Origin: a virus
DNA length: 64,000 nt
Reading direction: 5' to 3' (one strand)
Virus record (IMG/VR): IMGVR_UViG_3300036774_000066
Location: 1 to 64,000 of that record
The notes beneath the pieces were generated by a model. The model saw nothing but the letters and a program-made list of their open reading frames with translations. It did not search any database and was not told the origin of the DNA. Shown here piece by piece: positions 1 through 8,520 of the stretch (positions within the stretch are counted from its first letter, which is position 1; each line of letters opens with the position of its first letter). A program made the translations under genes and the position numbers.

Positions 1-121
1 ATAAGCATTAAGTCTCGCAGAAACACTCTCAGATGTTGTTGAGGTATCAAAAACACTTAACAAATAAGCATTAAGTCTCGCAGAAACACTCTCAGATGTT
101 GTTGAGGTATCAAAAACACTT
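1..121. repeat. 63-bp tandem repeat encoding a 21-aa unit (SVFDTSTTSESVSARLNAYLL)
   Basis: ataagcattaagtctcgcagaaacactctcagatgttgttgaggtatcaaaaacactta at 1 and again at 64. Confidence 0.9.
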
Positions 122-1200
122 ACTGCACCGAGGTCTTCTCTTACTGTCAAACTCTCAGAGATTGTTGAGGAATCAAAGATGGAAGCAGAGAGATCAGTTA
201 CAATAGTTCCAGTAAAATCTATCAATTCCCACGAGCAAGTAGATGTAGATGTGCCCGTGTTACGCGCAATAGTTATGGTAGTAGTATTGGTAACGTCACA
301 AGTACAGGCATTCCTCTGAAACCCATTCGTTGCGTAGCTCGTAGCCGCACATGTCCCATACGCACCAAGGATATGCACCATCGTATTAGCTACAGTTATC
401 GAGGTTACAGTCGATGTAGCCGATGCGTTAGTGCCTAATGAGAGGGATGCCCTTTGTACAGCTATTGAATCTGTAAATGATACAACGTACAGCTTATGAT
501 AATGATTTCCATTACCTGAGTCTGACGGATTAACGTATGTGACTACAGTGGCACTTGTTAAGGCCCATCTACCTAAATTTTCTGGTGCATGTGGGTCATC
601 ATTCGCGTAGAAGGAATCAAACAGTAAAGTATGATCTTGAGTGACACTCGTTATTGTTTGTGTACCGCCAAGAGAATTATTACCTATTGTGGGAGAATAC
701 AAAGCAGCAGTACAATTATCATATTGTACCACCTGCCACTCCACCACGTTGCTTGATGCAGCACTACTTACCAAGGCCAAATTCGTCGTAGTTGTGATTG
801 AGGCTTGTATTCCTACATAAGCAGCAAGCCATGAAGCATCCGCTGTAGAGAACGTAACTATAGGCCAGGAATTAGCCGTTGTGACTGCCGTGATAGTCAC
901 ATTGGTAGTAGCCGTGCTGTGAGTAACCGAACCCCTCTGTACAGTTACTCCAGAAGAGAACTCTACAACCTCCCACTCTACCGTGATTGCTGTAGTTGTG
1001 GTATTGCGAGTAAAAGTCAGTGTCGTGGTATTAGTGATAGTACCACGTACTGCACCGACCGCATCTGTAGCAGAGGCAGTATTCCAACTGAAACGCAGAA
1101 AGGCATTCGCAGTAGTAATAGCTGTAATAGTGGCAGTGTTGGAGGCATTGCCAACAGCTATCGTTAAGGTTCCTGATTGTAAGGCTTTAAGTGCAGCCAT
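1..1200 (-). CDS. Thr/Ser-rich virion/tail structural protein, N-terminal part (runs off the window edge; absent from the ORF track)
   Basis: ATG at 1198-1200, open through position 1: MAALKALQSGTLTIAVGNASNTATITAITTANAFLRFSW... Beta-rich repeats (VEWEVVEF / VEWQVVQY / CSWELIDF), then SVFDTSTTSESVSARLNAYLL repeats. Confidence 0.75.
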   Translation of the reverse strand, partial: MAALKALQSGTLTIAVGNASNTATITAITTANAFLRFSWNTASATDAVGAVRGTITNTTTLTFTRNTTTTAITVEWEVVEFSSGVTVQRGSVTHSTATTNVTITAVTTANSWPIVTFSTADASWLAAYVGIQASITTTTNLALVSSAASSNVVEWQVVQYDNCTAALYSPTIGNNSLGGTQTITSVTQDHTLLFDSFYANDDPHAPENLGRWALTSATVVTYVNPSDSGNGNHYHKLYVVSFTDSIAVQRASLSLGTNASATSTVTSITVANTMVHILGAYGTCAATSYATNGFQRNACTCDVTNTTTITIARNTGTSTSTCSWELIDFTGTIVTDLSASIFDSSTISESLTVREDLGAVSVFDTSTTSESVSARLNAYLLSVFDTSTTSESVSARLNAY

Positions 1201-1203
1201 AAA

Positions 1204-1593
1204 TTAAGGCATATCTACCCATGACAGAAGAGTATACCGTACCTCATATTTGGAGTTCATATCCTTAATCCAAGAGTAGACATTGCCCTTAACTATCACG
1301 GTTTGTAAAGAAAACTCCGTTATGCTTTCAGACTGAGTAACGAAAGTAACCAAGGAACGATTAGAAAAACTTTCATTCACATCAAATACACCCAAGAGCG
1401 CATACCGAACTCCTGAGTTAGAACCTTGACGTGAGAGAATCCACACAGAGGGGAGAACATCAATAGTCTCGTTGGAGAAAACTACATCGGAAAGTCCTCT
1501 TTGTGTAGAATATGCTATGAAATACTTCTTTCTTCGTGCCATTGTGACCTCCGTTTTAGTAAGGGAGAAATCCATTGAACACTTGCTGCTCAA
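1204..1593 (-). CDS. hypothetical protein with two internal repeats (likely start MARRKK)
   Basis: ORF in operon; RYALLG / RYTLLS half-repeats. Confidence 0.55.
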   Translation of the reverse strand: MSSKCSMDFSLTKTEVTMARRKKYFIAYSTQRGLSDVVFSNETIDVLPSVWILSRQGSNSGVRYALLGVFDVNESFSNRSLVTFVTQSESITEFSLQTVIVKGNVYSWIKDMNSKYEVRYTLLSWVDMP

Positions 1594-2278
1594 TCACTTT
1601 GTATTGCATTCCATTGAGAACTACCCTGCTGTCTGCCGGGATAGTCCATTCCCCGCAATTATCCAGGCTATTGAATACCATAGGAATCGAACATACTCCG
1701 TTTACAATCGTGATAGTCAGCTTTGCACTTCTTCCAGGGAGACGAACATCAAGAGAGTCAGTAAAATTAGCTGTAATATCTATCGTTTTCTTGTCTGGAA
1801 GAAGGATATTGAAAGCAACAAGAATAGCAGGGGCAACAACAGACCAATTCACACTTGACTTGGAAGGAGTTGAATCAGAGGCTACTTGACATTGAACTAC
1901 GGAATTGTCCTTAAAAACAAGATCACCTTGAACGAAAGATTCTTTCGGATCACCTGTAGGAATCTTTACCTTGGCAATGTCCACTGAATTGAGTGTTACC
2001 TTAATGGCTTGTGTGGTTAATGTAACACTCAGCCAACCTTTTGCATCCTCAATACTAAAATCCAGAGCAACAATCTTATCCCCGTCCCACTTCAAAATAA
2101 ACTCATCTCCGTTATCTACTCGCACTTCTTCCTCTGCTGTCAACTGATAGATAATGTAATCCTCCGGCGCACCGCCATAATTGATGGCTACCGCCTTCAG
2201 AAATTCACTGTCCATCGTCTGATCGGTTGGAGGAATTACCACTACCTGATCTTTGATTCGGGCCACTAAGTTAAGCAT
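1556..2278 (-). CDS. putative tail-associated protein, paralog of 2294-3115
   Basis: Shares YGGAPEDYIIY...DEFILKWDGDKIVALDFSIED with its neighbour. Confidence 0.6.
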   Translation of the reverse strand: MLNLVARIKDQVVVIPPTDQTMDSEFLKAVAINYGGAPEDYIIYQLTAEEEVRVDNGDEFILKWDGDKIVALDFSIEDAKGWLSVTLTTQAIKVTLNSVDIAKVKIPTGDPKESFVQGDLVFKDNSVVQCQVASDSTPSKSSVNWSVVAPAILVAFNILLPDKKTIDITANFTDSLDVRLPGRSAKLTITIVNGVCSIPMVFNSLDNCGEWTIPADSRVVLNGMQYKVIEQQVFNGFLPY

Positions 2279-2293
2279 ACCCTGTCCTTTCGG

Positions 2294-3115
2294 TTAAAGG
2301 TCCATTAGTGCATTTATGTCAAGAACTTCCTCATCCGTTATCTTGATATGCTGGTCTTTGAATTTGTACTTGTTAGGAATATTCCAAACCCCATACTCCA
2401 AAGTTTTGAATCTCTTAGTAGCTATGCCATTTACAAAGGCGGTCTTGATGTACGCCTGCTTTTTGTCAGGATTTATGATAGGTATTTGCAGACTCTCGTT
2501 GAAAGTAGTATCAATGGCAGACAGTCCTGCTACCCATATAGATGCTGTTATGTCAACATAATCCACACCGTTAGCTGTCAAAGTATCGTTCACATTACCA
2601 TTCTCGTCCCGAGGCTCAAAGCGCATAATCCGGTAAGAATCTTCCGGTGTAAAGTCAAGTCCGGTTATCACCCCATTATTCCACACAGGGACAAACTCAT
2701 CCTCTGCCATTACTCTCTTTGCTTCGATACTATCATCAGAATTTACATACACAAAATAATCATTGGGAACTCCACCAAATCTGTTTGGGTTGGCTAAATC
2801 ATTTCTAAGATCGTCCGTTATCTTTGCATTGGCAGAAGTGCTATACGAGTTTACAAGATTAGATTCAAGTACAAGGGTACTCCCTTTCACTTCCTTTACA
2901 ATCCCATACTCCTTGTTATTATCATCAGATATTTCTATCTGTCTCCCCAGATTCCAATTACTCATGTCTTGAGTAAAAACTAATCTGTTCTGATTCGCTC
3001 CAGCATTGGAGTAAAGAAGTACAGAAAAAGGCTCATTTCGGAGTCCCTTCTCAAGCACAACCTGATCCGCAATTCTTCCGACTACATAAAACATAAATTC
3101 TCCTTTGTAAAACAA
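2294..3115 (-). CDS. putative tail-associated protein, paralog of 1556-2278
   Basis: FGGVPNDYFVY...DEFVPVWNNGVITGLDFTPED; second Met (MFYVVG) follows an AGGAG RBS. Confidence 0.6.
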   Translation of the reverse strand: MFYKGEFMFYVVGRIADQVVLEKGLRNEPFSVLLYSNAGANQNRLVFTQDMSNWNLGRQIEISDDNNKEYGIVKEVKGSTLVLESNLVNSYSTSANAKITDDLRNDLANPNRFGGVPNDYFVYVNSDDSIEAKRVMAEDEFVPVWNNGVITGLDFTPEDSYRIMRFEPRDENGNVNDTLTANGVDYVDITASIWVAGLSAIDTTFNESLQIPIINPDKKQAYIKTAFVNGIATKRFKTLEYGVWNIPNKYKFKDQHIKITDEEVLDINALMDL

Positions 3116-3149
3116 AAAGGGGAAAGGGAAGTCAATTCCCTCTCCCCTT
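3114..3149 (-). terminator. intrinsic terminator
   Basis: Minus strand GGGGAGAGGGAA-TTGAC-TTCCCTTTCCCC followed by a T run. Confidence 0.75.
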
Positions 3150-3185
3150 CTCAGGTATTTCTACTGAGAAGACAGAACCTCTACG

Positions 3186-3947
3186 TCAAGGATACTGTCT
3201 TCCAGTTTGTCGGCAAATATGCTTGCAAAATATAGATGTATCACATAAAACAGGCCACTCCTTTTTACCGATCTTTTTCCATCCGGTTTTCTCAAATACC
3301 TTATTCTCTAATAGTCTATCAAAAAAGTACAAATCCTGTGTCCCGTTCATTCTCGAATATCCACCACTCTCAGGGTCATAAAAGGTATGCTGCGGGGAAA
3401 CAAACACCCTTCGCAAAGAAGTTCCATCTGGTGCCTTGTAATCCTCCGTATGGTCCCACATATACTTCAAAATAGACGTATGTATCAACAAACATCCCAT
3501 TCCCGTACCATCACACCAAACTTTGTCACCGGGCTTGAAATCTGTAAAGGCCCCATTTCCCCTGCCCCTAAAAATCAAGGGAAGAGTAGGACTTGCTTTC
3601 AAGTAATAAAGACCTGAAACTATAGGAATCGTTTTCTTCTTCTGGTACTCCCAAAGTCTAACAAACAAGTCACCCGGAATCAATACATCATCCTCAATAG
3701 TAACCAACCACTCCACTCCCAATTCAAGTGCCTTCTTCACAATCAAGTTATACGCATCGTCAATCTGATACCCAACAGCGGTATACGATATGTCAAAACC
3801 CTGAGAAGACCAATTCATCGGGACAATCTGAGAAAATCTCGCGTGCGCCCACTCGTAGCGTATCCAACCTTCTGTTGGGGTTGATACCAGGGTATGCTGC
3901 TTAAATTGCCTTCTGCAAATTCCAATCAACTGACGCTCTTTAGGCAT
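3186..3947 (-). CDS. GT-A fold (GT2-like) glycosyltransferase
   Basis: WLVTIEDDVL DxD-like motif, IVSGLYY, CDGTGMGCLLIH, QDLYFF. Confidence 0.75.
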   Translation of the reverse strand: MPKERQLIGICRRQFKQHTLVSTPTEGWIRYEWAHARFSQIVPMNWSSQGFDISYTAVGYQIDDAYNLIVKKALELGVEWLVTIEDDVLIPGDLFVRLWEYQKKKTIPIVSGLYYLKASPTLPLIFRGRGNGAFTDFKPGDKVWCDGTGMGCLLIHTSILKYMWDHTEDYKAPDGTSLRRVFVSPQHTFYDPESGGYSRMNGTQDLYFFDRLLENKVFEKTGWKKIGKKEWPVLCDTSIFCKHICRQTGRQYP

Positions 3948-4089
3948 GACTCTAACCTTTCCATAGCAGGGATAGCCTTGATAATCTTCTCAATGTCCTT
4001 TTCCGTTACACAATCACTGCAAACAAATTTCCCTAAAGCAAGAGGACTGTTCTTGCTTATCGGCGAAGTCTTGCCACACCTAACACAAC

Positions 4090-4662
4090 TCACTCTGCCA
4101 ACTTTCTAAAACAAACTTCCATGTTTGCTTGATACTGCCAAGACACTTCTCTATCAAGTTTCCACGGCTTCGGAGTATAAATTTCGTAGAGATTATGTCC
4201 CTTCACAAAGTAAAAGGGAGTAGCCTCATTCCAGGGGGAGCAATGGGTAGGGTCTTGGTAGTAACCAAACGATGTAGCGTAGGGGGTCGCTATCATCAGC
4301 AAGCCGTCAACTTCCATCACCCGCCATAACTCATTCATCATATCCAGTTGGAGCCACGGCTTAATATGCTCCACTACATGACTCATCATAATAACAGAAC
4401 AACAACCGTCAGGAATAGGCCACGGAAAGACCTCAATATCATGTACTACGTCAACACCTTCAACGTCCCTCTTATCAACACCAATAAACCCAACTTGCTT
4501 ATTACGACCACACCCAATATCTAACCGAATACCTTGCTTTTTTCTTAGATCATCCACCGACAACTTCTGCTGTTTTGATTTTGTCACAGACATGAATTGA
4601 TAGTCCTTGAGACGTGGAAAACGATTGTGGCATATCAGACCCGTCATCATCCTCACTATCAA
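4090..4662 (-). CDS. class I SAM-dependent methyltransferase (type 11-like); probable start 4593
   Basis: LDIGCG motif I, SHVVEH, ELWRVM, DPTH. Confidence 0.85.
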   Translation of the reverse strand: MIVRMMTGLICHNRFPRLKDYQFMSVTKSKQQKLSVDDLRKKQGIRLDIGCGRNKQVGFIGVDKRDVEGVDVVHDIEVFPWPIPDGCCSVIMMSHVVEHIKPWLQLDMMNELWRVMEVDGLLMIATPYATSFGYYQDPTHCSPWNEATPFYFVKGHNLYEIYTPKPWKLDREVSWQYQANMEVCFRKLAE

Positions 4663-4802
4663 TACGTAAACCCTTGCCCAAACGGTAAGCCTTATTCATC
4701 ATATCAAGGAAAACTATAGTATCCTTCTCCTGCAAACAAAATTTCTTTCCAAAAGGTTTCCCTTGAAAAGTAAATTGCTTTATAGGAGAAAACGGACTTT
4801 GC

Positions 4803-4841
4803 AAAAAAGAAAACGGAGAAACTAAGTCTCCGTTTTCTTTT
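4803..4841. terminator. bidirectional intrinsic terminator
   Basis: AAAAGAAAACGGAGA-aactaag-TCTCCGTTTTCTTTT, 15-bp inverted repeat with A/T tracts. Confidence 0.8.
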
Positions 4842-4872
4842 ACAATCTTTTCGGAAGAAGAGCCAGTAGACA

Positions 4873-5370
4873 TTAAGAGAACCTTAACTGATACGTGGCA
4901 CTGACGGCTTGGTTACTGTTCCATGTACTCGTTGCAAACGTATTGCCCGCACACAGGGTCGCATTGCTCGTTGTCGCATTGAACAGGCCAAGGTTCTGCA
5001 CTGCGGGAGTACCACCGGGATGATCGCTGGAAGCCCACGAAGCGGTCATCTGAAGGGTCTTGGACGAGACAGTGGTATTGGTTGTTGCCTTGCGTGTACC
5101 TGTCTCACCGCTAAGCGTAGTGTCTGTAACAGCGGGAGCAGCACCCGTACCGATACCCATGTACCCAATTTGCTTACTTCCTGCCACCGCTCCAATGGAA
5201 GCACAGATGTAATCTTGGAATCCCAAGTTGACAATCGTATTCTGCTGCCAACCCGAATCCCCGACCACAACAGTCTTTCCATTCCTCACCTCTCCGAGTT
5301 TAACGCGGAAGAATCCGCGAACTTGAGTCTCGGAGACAACCGCGCTTTCTTTTGACTTTCTCATACGCAC
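4873..5370 (-). CDS. virion protein, tail fiber/baseplate-attachment-like
   Basis: YMGIGTG..PAVTDTTLSGE and NLGLFN motifs typical of phage tail fiber N-terminal modules. Confidence 0.6.
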   Translation of the reverse strand: MRMRKSKESAVVSETQVRGFFRVKLGEVRNGKTVVVGDSGWQQNTIVNLGFQDYICASIGAVAGSKQIGYMGIGTGAAPAVTDTTLSGETGTRKATTNTTVSSKTLQMTASWASSDHPGGTPAVQNLGLFNATTSNATLCAGNTFATSTWNSNQAVSATYQLRFS

Positions 5371-5422
5371 TCCCCAATTGTTTCAGGTTGTCCCTTGTTT
5401 ATGCTAATCTATACCAGACAGA

Positions 5423-6400
5423 TTATGCGTTTGCCGATACCACATTCAGTTCAAGTTCCGCACTGGCAGAAGCCGCCATCGCTGAAATTCTCACAGTATT
5501 AAAAAGTCTTCCGTTAATAGCAACATTTACTTCACCGCCGTTTGCCACAACAACAGAGGCAGCAGCAGGAATACCCGCATCATCACCGCCAACGTAATTG
5601 TCAAGACCTGAGATTGCAGTTGTAGTCAAAGTACCCGCAGAAACATCTGTCAACGCAGCGGAAGCAGCTTTTCCAATAACTCCCCATGCAACTCCAGTAA
5701 CTCCACCTGCCGCAGCAATTACCTGTGCAACAGTCGAAGTAGCTGCCTTGGAAATAGTAACATCATTCTTTGTCCAAACAATCGTCTCAGAACCCGCTGA
5801 AACGGTATTCTGCATAATAACCTTATACTCATTGTAAACCTTACCACCATACAAAGCAGTAACCGAAACCTTGTTTTTCTCCCCGTATGCCATAGAAGGA
5901 ACAAAGCCATTCTTGCTTTGCGCAATAGCAACAGTCACATTTCCCCCTGTAAAATGTCGGAACATAAACACAGGGTTAATAGGAAATCCACTTCCCCCCT
6001 CTTTTACCAAACTGAGATCAAGAGAAGAAGGAGCCGAACCAAGAATCGCACCGGGCATAAAACGGATTGCAGTCAATGGCATCGCTGCAACCGTTGTACT
6101 CCCCGCAGCAATCGCAGCCAAAGTTCCCCATGCAGTTCCCGTCACTCCACCAGCAGCCGCAAGCACCTGAGTAATCGTGGACACACCGCCCTGCACATTG
6201 ATTGTCAAACGATTAGGTGTCCATACAAGAGTCTCCGCACCCGCAGTAACGGTATTCAAAATCTCCACTCCAAAGTCATTCTGCATTTCCCCAACATCAA
6301 TCGCGGTAATGCTCATCTGATTTGCAGTAGGAATCTGACCATACACCTTAACACCAGTGAAAACGGGAGCCTGAAGAATCTTGCGAATAGCGGAAACCAT
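5423..6400 (-). CDS. Ala/Gly-rich virion structural protein with an internal duplication
   Basis: NTVTAGAETLVWT..STITQVLAAAGGVTGTAWG repeated as NTVSAGSETIVWT..STVAQVIAAAGGVTGVAWG. Confidence 0.6.
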   Translation of the reverse strand: MVSAIRKILQAPVFTGVKVYGQIPTANQMSITAIDVGEMQNDFGVEILNTVTAGAETLVWTPNRLTINVQGGVSTITQVLAAAGGVTGTAWGTLAAIAAGSTTVAAMPLTAIRFMPGAILGSAPSSLDLSLVKEGGSGFPINPVFMFRHFTGGNVTVAIAQSKNGFVPSMAYGEKNKVSVTALYGGKVYNEYKVIMQNTVSAGSETIVWTKNDVTISKAATSTVAQVIAAAGGVTGVAWGVIGKAASAALTDVSAGTLTTTAISGLDNYVGGDDAGIPAAASVVVANGGEVNVAINGRLFNTVRISAMAASASAELELNVVSANA

Positions 6401-6421
6401 AAGTTCCTCCTGTGAGTAATG

Positions 6422-6907
6422 TTATTTCAATTCTTTTGCGATATTAGAAACTATGAAAGGCAAAGTATACAAAGCATTGTCAAGATGCTTACAGACTGTT
6501 CCATCCAAATTCGGGTTTCTAATCTTCGGTAATCTCTTTTCTTTTCTGCCAACCACCGAATCAAGCTGTGTCATGATATATCGGTAGCCCCAATACAAAA
6601 ATGCAGGACAATTACATTCGACCTTCAAGTCACCATACACAGCCAACCGTACTCTATCAATCAACTTTAACTTACTATCAGGTATATCTAAAGCAACAGG
6701 TAAATCAATCAGCTTAATTCTTTGTTTCCACTTTAACCCTGTTCCGGGGTGCGTCTGGGACTCTGTGGAAAAAACCAAAACTCCATTTCTTTTATCGAAC
6801 TTTGTAAACTTAGTTCCCGAAGGAAGTCTCTTAGACTTTGCTCTTACCTTAGACTGAACTGCTCCACGTAAATCACTGTATGTAAACTCCAACAACGACC
6901 TGTGCAT
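6422..6907 (-). CDS. SWIM-type zinc finger protein
   Basis: VECNCPAFLYWG...GTVCKHL. Confidence 0.7.
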   Translation of the reverse strand: MHRSLLEFTYSDLRGAVQSKVRAKSKRLPSGTKFTKFDKRNGVLVFSTESQTHPGTGLKWKQRIKLIDLPVALDIPDSKLKLIDRVRLAVYGDLKVECNCPAFLYWGYRYIMTQLDSVVGRKEKRLPKIRNPNLDGTVCKHLDNALYTLPFIVSNIAKELK

Positions 6908-7409
6908 CCATCACCCTCCATTCAGTCTATCCTTTCAAACCTACTGCCTCCCCTATACCAAAACCAACACTGCCTTTGTAGGCTTTACATGCAACTCATC
7001 AATCAAATCACCCAATCTTTCTACCCCCAAAACATCAGGTATTGTCGGAATTACCACACCGTCAGGACACACATCAAACACCCACGCGGACGGACGGGAA
7101 CCACAGCCAAAATCCTCACAAACAATTGCCTTATGACTATTAACATATACTGTCTGTTTCACTATTCCCTATCCTCCACAAGCCTAAAGTGCTTCTGTGT
7201 TGGGTGAAATCCTTCTTTATGAATCAACTTCAACATCCACTCAGAATTTCTAAACTCAATTTTATTGACAGGGTGACAAATACCATTAACTACAGTAAAC
7301 CAAATAGCCTTGTAATCATCCTCCAACCCGTGTATAAAAATATGAATAACCGCTGTCTCCGACTCCCATATTCTGAAGTAGTCGAGATGCTCCTTGGTAT
7401 ACACAGGAT

Positions 7410-7739
7410 TCATTTTCCATACTTTCCTGCTAATCTTTGCACATTAACATTCAAGGTCTTTATACTATTGTTAAGTGAATCAATCCCAACCTTATCTTTT
7501 TCGTACTGTATCCTTACAAAAGACACATCCTTACCAACACCCTCTAACTTATACTCTATAGCAGTTGTTCTACCTTGCACATTCCACGTAATAGTTACTG
7601 CCACTGTAAGAAGAACGGCCACAAATCCAATAAAGATTGCCATTCCCTTCTCATACGTTATGAACTGAGTCTTACAAATCTCCAACACGTCAGACTTACG
7701 ACGACAGGGATGATCTATGACAGAAATCTCTCCGTCCAT
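7410..7739 (-). CDS. single-TM coiled-coil protein (holin/spanin-like, unconfirmed)
   Basis: Hydrophobic stretch MAIFIGFVAVLLTVAVTITW then a heptad-rich C-terminus. Confidence 0.4.
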   Translation of the reverse strand: MDGEISVIDHPCRRKSDVLEICKTQFITYEKGMAIFIGFVAVLLTVAVTITWNVQGRTTAIEYKLEGVGKDVSFVRIQYEKDKVGIDSLNNSIKTLNVNVQRLAGKYGK

Positions 7740-7749
7740 ACTACAAACC

Positions 7750-8520
7750 TCACACTCTAATACTTCTTGCTCTTGAAATACCAGACTCTACTTCAGTCAA
7801 ATCAGACAAGTATAGCCCACCTATTCTATCCAATTCCTTCAAAACTGCAACACCTATCTTATTTTGTAACGGAGTGTTTAGAAACTTCATGGCTTTTCTT
7901 GTCAACTCTACTTCTAACTGCTTAATTCCTGCCTTGTCAAGAAAAGTATTGTTATCAATAACCAGAAAATTAGTATCCCCAAACAAAGACTGAAATTTCC
8001 CAATATTACCTTGAGCGTCGTGCCACGCCTGAGTAACCACTTCTTCTGGAACTTTTCTCTCCCTCTCTCTGTTCCTCTGTAAAGAAACTTCCAAAGAAGT
8101 GTTTACAAAAACCATAGAAGTATCATAACCTACATAACCCAACAATTCCGACTGAGACTGAATCTTATCATAATTTTTCCCTGTTCCATCAATAACCAAA
8201 GGCAACATCCCGTTTATCCAATGCAAAAATCTACTCTTTGTCATTCTCTTTGCAGCTTCTCTCTTAGACATCTGTTTTACATAAATTTCTTTATTAGAAC
8301 TATCAATAGTAAAAGGAAGATCGGATTTCTTCATCAACCTCTGAAACAAAAGATCAGAGTTTACAAACTGAATAGGCAACCCCGCAAACATCAATTCAGA
8401 AAGAAAGGTCTTTCCAGAACCTCCCCCACCTGCCATAAAGCAAGACTTGAAAAGGTACTTGTCGTGAATACTCTCATCAAGTACCCTTTCGTAAATGTCT
8501 GCCAAAATCCCGTTGCTCAT
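7750..8520 (-). CDS. zeta-toxin-like / AAA_33 P-loop kinase
   Basis: MAGGGGSGKT Walker A, VNSD, LVIDGTG, RNRERER lid. Confidence 0.8.
   Translation of the reverse strand: MSNGILADIYERVLDESIHDKYLFKSCFMAGGGGSGKTFLSELMFAGLPIQFVNSDLLFQRLMKKSDLPFTIDSSNKEIYVKQMSKREAAKRMTKSRFLHWINGMLPLVIDGTGKNYDKIQSQSELLGYVGYDTSMVFVNTSLEVSLQRNRERERKVPEEVVTQAWHDAQGNIGKFQSLFGDTNFLVIDNNTFLDKAGIKQLEVELTRKAMKFLNTPLQNKIGVAVLKELDRIGGLYLSDLTEVESGISRARSIRV

Noticed and set aside
4550-4873. 107-aa minus ORF
   Set aside because: Spans a strong bidirectional terminator and overlaps the methyltransferase; probably non-coding.
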